DNA of 64,000 bases, taken from assembly GCA_965204375.1 (NCBI GenBank), contig OZ241986.1, positions 4,320,001 to 4,384,000 on the forward strand, in the 5' to 3' direction. How positions within the stretch are numbered: position 1 is the first letter of the stretch; every line of letters starts with the position of its first letter. The stretch is from Candidatus Latescibacterota bacterium. Lineage in GTDB: Bacteria > Latescibacterota > UBA2968. The notes under the pieces are model-generated. The model searched no databases. It was not told the DNA's origin and saw only the letters and a program-made list of their open reading frames with translations. Below are positions 58,423 to 64,000 of the stretch, one piece after another. A program made the translations under genes and the position numbers.

Positions 58423-61400
58423 ATGAAACGAATAGCTATGGTATGCGTACTTCTGTGTTTTGCCTCTCATCTCTATGCGGGCACCACGGGTAAAATCGCC
58501 GGTGTCATCAAAGACGACCAGGGCAATCCGCTTCCCGGCGCCAATGTGATCGTGGAAGGCACGCGACTCGGCGCTGTGGCAGATGCCGATGGCAGCTATT
58601 TTATCATCAATATCCTGCCGGGGCGACACGCGCTCACGGCTTCACTCATCGGATATACCAATCAAACCCAGAGCGATGTATCGGTCAAAACCGACTTCAC
58701 CACGCCTCTTGACTTTCAACTCAAAGAAACCACCGTCGAATTGGCCGAACTCACGGTCGTGGCCGAACGCCCACCCGTGGAAAGAGACAAAACCACGAGC
58801 AAATACATCATGGGTGGTGATACGATAGATCGCCTATCTACAGCGGCAAACACCTCAGAACTCATGAGCCTTCAGGCAGGCGTCTCTCTCGACAACAACG
58901 AACCCGCCATTCGCGGCAGCTACCAGGGCAACCGCGGCAACACGGAAACACTCGTCTATGTAGATGGCGTTGTCATGGATGCGGGCACTGCCCGGGGCGA
59001 TGTTCAATTTGTCGGAGTCAACAGCGACGCCGTGCAAGAAATCACCGTCATCACTGGCGGGATGGAAGCCGAATACGGCAATGCCACATCTGGCGCCATC
59101 CACATCATCACCCGAGAAGGCGGCAAAAATTTTCACGGCAAAGGCGGCTTCACGTATATCCCACCGGGCAAAAAACACTGGGGCGGCAATGTCTATGACA
59201 GCCCCATCCACAAAGGCAGAATGAAATGGGGCGATGCGACATGGGAAAATGAAACATACACAGATCCCGGCCCAGACCGCCAGATGGGAACGGGCGACGA
59301 CATCACTCGTCTGGCCCACGAGCGCACGGACTATACGGGCATTCACGGTTATGAAGTCGATGGGTCACTCTCGGGTCCATTGCTGGGAAATGCTTCCTTT
59401 TTTGTCACGGCACAGCACGAGGGACAAGCCTCGCATTTTCCCTCCCCTACCAAACGCGGCATCTTCCATCAGGCCGTCTCAACATCACCACAAACCGCCC
59501 GCTGGATCGAATCGCCCTACAACATCAAAGGCACCTACAAACTGTCCTGGGATGTGCAATCCAACATAAAAGTTAAAGTCGGCGGCATCTATGCGCGCCA
59601 CGAAGCCTATCAGGTCGGCGAGGGCGAAAGCTGGGTACAGGGCGTCAAGCGCACCGTTGGTCGAGAACTCCAGGGCATCGACATCTTTCTTCCCGCAGGC
59701 GAAGCCGGTGCAGGCATCGCCAACGTCAAACACGACCTGGCATACATATCCCTCACGCACACCCTGAGCAACAAAACCTTTTACGAAGCCCGGCTATCCT
59801 ATTACCGCGACGCCACAGATACCACCAATGTGCCGGGTGTCACCAGCCAATTTGGGGGCGGCATTACAGAACCGCTCAGAAAAGATCAGGACGGGGTATT
59901 CACCATTGGCCCCAGACGGGTCTCCATCTGGATCAACGACCACCGCGCCCGCCTCAACTTCAAACTCGATTATTCCAGCCAGATCAACAAGAACCACTTT
60001 ATCAAAACCGGCATTGATCTGACGCGGCACACCTACTGGTGGAACCAGATCAACTGGCCGCAGGCTGGAAAATCGCGCTATCAACTCGCGGGCGTACCCT
60101 ACGAAATGGGCGAACCCATTAACCCCATCCAATCCGCCTTTTACCTCCAGGACAAAATGGAATTTGAAGGCATCATCGTCAATCTGGGCATCCGCTACGA
60201 CAGACACGACCACAATGGCGATTTTTACTCCCCACTTGCCAACAATGCCTGGGGCGGAGCACCCATGACCAACTCGTGGTCCCGGCAACGCAAATTTATG
60301 CCGCGCACCACGGTATCCACCAAATCGGCCTGGAGTCCTCGCCTGGGCGTTTCGCACCCCATTACGGCCAATGCCATCATTCGATTTTCCTACGGCATCT
60401 TTCATCAGATGCCCGGGTTCTGGCACCTCTATTCCTACGAATGGCGCGGCGTTGCGCCCCCCGAAGACTTCAACAACAACGGCCAAATCGACGATACCGA
60501 ATGGCTCAATAAAAACAACCAGCGAGCCACCACGGGCAATCCCCATCTCGACTACAAACGCTCCACCAATTTCGAGGTGGGCACAGACTGGAACTTCTAT
60601 CAGGACTACGTCCTGAGCTTCACCACTTATCAGCAAAGCGTTGACGGTCAAGTTCGATTCGGCAATGCCCTGTGGCGAGATCCCAGTCGCAAAAGTCAGG
60701 TGGGACGCAACACACCGCTGGGTTATGTCTTTACAGACAATCGGGGATTTGAAATGAGTCTGCGAAAGGACTTCAGCCAGAACTTCTCCTTCCAGGTGGC
60801 CTACAACCACCAGTGGCAGTCGGGAGGCAATGCGGGAATCAACCGGATTATTTACTTCCCCAACTCGCAATTTATCGCGTCCGATCTCTATTTCATCCAG
60901 CACACCAAAGACACCAATGGCGATGGCGTAGTCGATGCCAGCGACGACGGCTCAGAAGCAAAAGTACCGCTTACATCGCAGCAGATTCAGGATATCGGCG
61001 CCGAAGCAGACCGCTATATCCAGACCATTCGAGAGGGCACCAACCCCGACTGGAACCCGCTGACCGACAGCGAAATGCAAGAAGTGGAAAATCTGCCGGG
61101 TGTCTTTTACTTCACCCGCAACACCACCTCTGATCGCAGTGCGGGGCGCGGTGGTGCCGCAGAAACCGCTGGTTTTGGCGATCGACGTGGCACCATGAAA
61201 ATCGCATTTACGTATGAAACGCCCATGCATTACGGTCCAGCCCTCGGCGGTTTCAGGCTCAATGTAATCAACACCCTGAAAACGGGACGCCGAATCAACA
61301 TTCCGCATCCCACACAGGGCAATGTCGAGCGATTTGGCCCTATGGAAACCAAGACCAATCTGTCTCTGGAAAAACGCTTTCGCACAGGTCGAACAGAGGC

Positions 61401-61644
61401 CGTTCTGTTTATGAACGTGTACAACTTCTTCAACCAGCGCGACCCCGCCACCGAATATTTCTGGCGCGGTCCCTGGTTTGATCGACACAGACAGGGACCA
61501 CAGGCCGAACTCTGGTATCTCTACGGCATGGACATGCCCAAACCCACGGACAAGAATTATATCAACTTTGGCGATACCAAAGAATACCACCGCTGGGCAG
61601 GACGCCCTCGAGAGATCAGCATAGGTCTCCAACTCGGATTTTAA
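58423..61644 (+). CDS. TonB-dependent receptor with N-terminal carboxypeptidase-regulatory-like domain
   Basis: GKIAG...PLPGANV, IRG, GG..AEYG.A.SG, Y.QDK.E, SPRLG.SHPI, PR.I..G...F. Confidence 0.92.
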   Translation: MKRIAMVCVLLCFASHLYAGTTGKIAGVIKDDQGNPLPGANVIVEGTRLGAVADADGSYFIINILPGRHALTASLIGYTNQTQSDVSVKTDFTTPLDFQLKETTVELAELTVVAERPPVERDKTTSKYIMGGDTIDRLSTAANTSELMSLQAGVSLDNNEPAIRGSYQGNRGNTETLVYVDGVVMDAGTARGDVQFVGVNSDAVQEITVITGGMEAEYGNATSGAIHIITREGGKNFHGKGGFTYIPPGKKHWGGNVYDSPIHKGRMKWGDATWENETYTDPGPDRQMGTGDDITRLAHERTDYTGIHGYEVDGSLSGPLLGNASFFVTAQHEGQASHFPSPTKRGIFHQAVSTSPQTARWIESPYNIKGTYKLSWDVQSNIKVKVGGIYARHEAYQVGEGESWVQGVKRTVGRELQGIDIFLPAGEAGAGIANVKHDLAYISLTHTLSNKTFYEARLSYYRDATDTTNVPGVTSQFGGGITEPLRKDQDGVFTIGPRRVSIWINDHRARLNFKLDYSSQINKNHFIKTGIDLTRHTYWWNQINWPQAGKSRYQLAGVPYEMGEPINPIQSAFYLQDKMEFEGIIVNLGIRYDRHDHNGDFYSPLANNAWGGAPMTNSWSRQRKFMPRTTVSTKSAWSPRLGVSHPITANAIIRFSYGIFHQMPGFWHLYSYEWRGVAPPEDFNNNGQIDDTEWLNKNNQRATTGNPHLDYKRSTNFEVGTDWNFYQDYVLSFTTYQQSVDGQVRFGNALWRDPSRKSQVGRNTPLGYVFTDNRGFEMSLRKDFSQNFSFQVAYNHQWQSGGNAGINRIIYFPNSQFIASDLYFIQHTKDTNGDGVVDASDDGSEAKVPLTSQQIQDIGAEADRYIQTIREGTNPDWNPLTDSEMQEVENLPGVFYFTRNTTSDRSAGRGGAAETAGFGDRRGTMKIAFTYETPMHYGPALGGFRLNVINTLKTGRRINIPHPTQGNVERFGPMETKTNLSLEKRFRTGRTEAVLFMNVYNFFNQRDPATEYFWRGPWFDRHRQGPQAELWYLYGMDMPKPTDKNYINFGDTKEYHRWAGRPREISIGLQLGF

Positions 61645-61670
61645 TTTTATTATCCTAAAGGAGTAATAAC

Positions 61671-63980
61671 ATGTATCCACTGAAATACATCGGATGGATT
61701 GGGGTTCTATCTGTGCTGGTATTTGCATCCGAAATCTATGCCCAGCAACCCGAACTTCAACGCCACCTGACCCGGGGCAAGCTCTGGGCCACCTTTCGCA
61801 ATACCGGCACCCAGGGCCTGCGCGACGACAGCCGCCTGGGTGCAGATGCTGGCTTGATGTATCCCGGCTGGGGCATTGGCGAGCGCGACTTCAGGGAATA
61901 CTGGATTATTGGACAGGACGCCGACCACCGCTATCACACCAGCCAGGGTGAGGGTTTTTGGGTTTTTACCAAAGAAGGAGGGTCATACAATGTATCCACC
62001 TCCAACCCGCGCTACAATACCGACGACATCTTTGAAATGATCTACGATGCCGCTTCGGGACCAGAGCGCGATCTGGGCGTTGAAACCCGATCGCCCCTCA
62101 CGGGCAATACCACGGCCAATTACTGGCCCGGAGCACCTGCACTGGTGGCCGACGAACCCATCGAAATCCACAACTACGATTACGGACGTTACATTCCCAA
62201 CGACAACGAGGCCGAAGAAATCATCATCTCCAAATGGACGACAGAACGCGGCCTCACCATCACCCGCAAAGCCAGAGCGTGGAGCTATCCGGACTACGAC
62301 GACTTCATTATTCTCGAAGTCATCATCGAAAATACCGGAGATAACAACGGAGACGGCATACCCGATGCTGGGCTGCCCGTTGATCACAAGGACGTCTATT
62401 TCGCCTTTGTGAATAATCTGGCCCCGTCGTGGGCTGGACACCGATGGCAGAACCAGACCGTACCGTGGGCGTATTCCGATCCGATCATCCTGGACGATTG
62501 GTACAAATACAGCGAAGCGTCCAACTTCGATGGCCTGCCCGCACTTCGGGGGAAAAAAATCTCTTATGTCTATGACAGCGATTTGCTCTCTTCTGCCGGA
62601 GACGACACGGGCCAGCCTTTCGATAAAAACAACGCCCAGTCAGCCTATATCAACCGGGGTCAGCTCAACCACGGCGAACTCATGGCTTTCCAGTACATCG
62701 GCCTGGCACCCCTCGATTACGACCCCATCGACGGATTCACCAACGACAACGAGACCTACGTGGCCCCAAAAACAATGGATCAGCCCGCCTTCGCCAACTG
62801 GTGGGAGATCTACGGGCGCTTCGATTGGGACACGCCAGACATTACCAACCTGAATAGCGACGAGAATCTCTACAATGAATTCATTGGTTTAGGCAGGGTT
62901 CCAGCCATCCAGGACAATCCCTCCAAAGTCAGCCGCGTAACCTTCGCACACACCTACGGTCCTTACGATCTGGCTCCCGGTGAAAAAGCCAAAGTCGTGG
63001 TCGCCTGGGTCGCCGGATCGGGTGCCGAATTTGCCGGTCCCGGCGGCAGTCCGATGGATGTTTACGAATGGGCGCGCCAGGGCAACCAGAGTCAGGTAGC
63101 CGACGGCGAACGCGCGATGGCACAGCATCTGGAACGGGCGCAATTTGCCTATGACAATGGCTATGATCTGCCCGACGCGCCGCCCGATGTTGCCGTATTC
63201 GTAGATAGCGATGAAAATGGGAACAACGCCATCACATGGTCTGATCGAGCCGAAAAGTCCCCCGATCCGGATTACACGGGCGACGAAGCTCTGGATCTAC
63301 AGGGCTACCGGGTCTATCGCACCCAGAACAACCACCTGGGGCCCTGGGAACTCGTGGCCGATATCCCCAAAGGAACGACCCCGACCAATACGGAGTATGA
63401 CCCCGGCACCCCCTGGACTTCTCCCACAATCTCCTACGCCGAAGGAGGAACCTACACTTATCGAGACGTAGAATCAGTGCCTGGTTTCAGGTACTGGTAC
63501 TCGGTGCGCACGTACGATTCTGGACACAGCGATTGGAACGGCACGGGACAATCCATTCCATCTTTGGAATCCGGACATAGCGCACCCGAACAGCGCATGA
63601 ATGTTTCGAGAAGCCCCATCGTGATTGCAACCCCTGAAAAAGACGCACTGGCCGAACAGGTGCGCGTGGTACCCAACCCCTTTCGGGACGACCCGGGAGA
63701 TGCCGACCACCGGTATCCACCTGCCAGCAACAATATTCGCTTTGTCAACATACCCCGAAAAGCAAAAATCTCCATCTTTTCAATCTCTGGAGATTTGATC
63801 GCCGTCATCAACCACCCGCAGCGCACCACCGATCCCGATAGGGGCGAAGCCACCTGGGATCAACGCACGCGCACATTTTCCGGGCGCGTCGCCGCCGGAC
63901 GCTACTACTACGTGGTAGAATCTCTGGTTGCTGGCGAAACGGGCAAAAAGCAGACCGGGATGTTTATGATCATCAAATAG
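61671..63980 (+). CDS. Secreted hypothetical protein with Fn3-like region and T9SS/FlgD-type C-terminal domain
   Basis: Signal peptide; GYRVYR, YWYSV..YD; V.VVPNP...IRF.N.P...I.IF..SGDL...WD......A.G.Y.Y...K.G...IIK. Confidence 0.8.
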   Translation: MYPLKYIGWIGVLSVLVFASEIYAQQPELQRHLTRGKLWATFRNTGTQGLRDDSRLGADAGLMYPGWGIGERDFREYWIIGQDADHRYHTSQGEGFWVFTKEGGSYNVSTSNPRYNTDDIFEMIYDAASGPERDLGVETRSPLTGNTTANYWPGAPALVADEPIEIHNYDYGRYIPNDNEAEEIIISKWTTERGLTITRKARAWSYPDYDDFIILEVIIENTGDNNGDGIPDAGLPVDHKDVYFAFVNNLAPSWAGHRWQNQTVPWAYSDPIILDDWYKYSEASNFDGLPALRGKKISYVYDSDLLSSAGDDTGQPFDKNNAQSAYINRGQLNHGELMAFQYIGLAPLDYDPIDGFTNDNETYVAPKTMDQPAFANWWEIYGRFDWDTPDITNLNSDENLYNEFIGLGRVPAIQDNPSKVSRVTFAHTYGPYDLAPGEKAKVVVAWVAGSGAEFAGPGGSPMDVYEWARQGNQSQVADGERAMAQHLERAQFAYDNGYDLPDAPPDVAVFVDSDENGNNAITWSDRAEKSPDPDYTGDEALDLQGYRVYRTQNNHLGPWELVADIPKGTTPTNTEYDPGTPWTSPTISYAEGGTYTYRDVESVPGFRYWYSVRTYDSGHSDWNGTGQSIPSLESGHSAPEQRMNVSRSPIVIATPEKDALAEQVRVVPNPFRDDPGDADHRYPPASNNIRFVNIPRKAKISIFSISGDLIAVINHPQRTTDPDRGEATWDQRTRTFSGRVAAGRYYYVVESLVAGETGKKQTGMFMIIK

Positions 63981-64000
63981 TGCAAAGGAGGAACACGTGA

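Noticed and set aside
59794-60903. 369-aa - strand ORF
   Set aside because: Antisense shadow of the TonB-dependent receptor.

Overview
Bacterial chromosomal segment of moderate GC with a C/A-rich + strand. The gene content suggests an FCB-associated candidate lineage such as Latescibacterota/Poribacteria-like sponge symbionts (inference): a WD40 protein with a dockerin-like tail, a TonB receptor followed by a T9SS-type C-terminal-domain protein, a sulfatase, PL6 and GH106-like enzymes, and many TA modules. Housekeeping and catabolic genes (ALDH, DHDPS-like, MocA-like, DsbD, HtrA, PepA, BKACE, enolase-family dehydratase, GGT) alternate with accessory material: an IS1380 with a 4-bp TSD splitting a PD-(D/E)XK-like gene, a truncated TnpB with its right end, an orphan McrB-like NTPase, an MTase-REase fusion and about seven TA genes or remnants. 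Most notable are (i) intergenic elements with inverted heptamer arms around a ~37-bp related core, which supply stop codons to flanking genes; (ii) composite REP/ATCTGCG mosaics; (iii) a FolC-ATP-grasp fusion; (iv) three tandem 4-TM paralogs with a shared leader, a decayed fourth copy and AhpD; (v) a multi-branch structured RNA candidate at 16.5 kb; (vi) an SDR-QueA fusion behind a candidate attenuator; and (vii) pseudo-enzyme candidates. All family assignments come from motif recognition only; no database searches were run.
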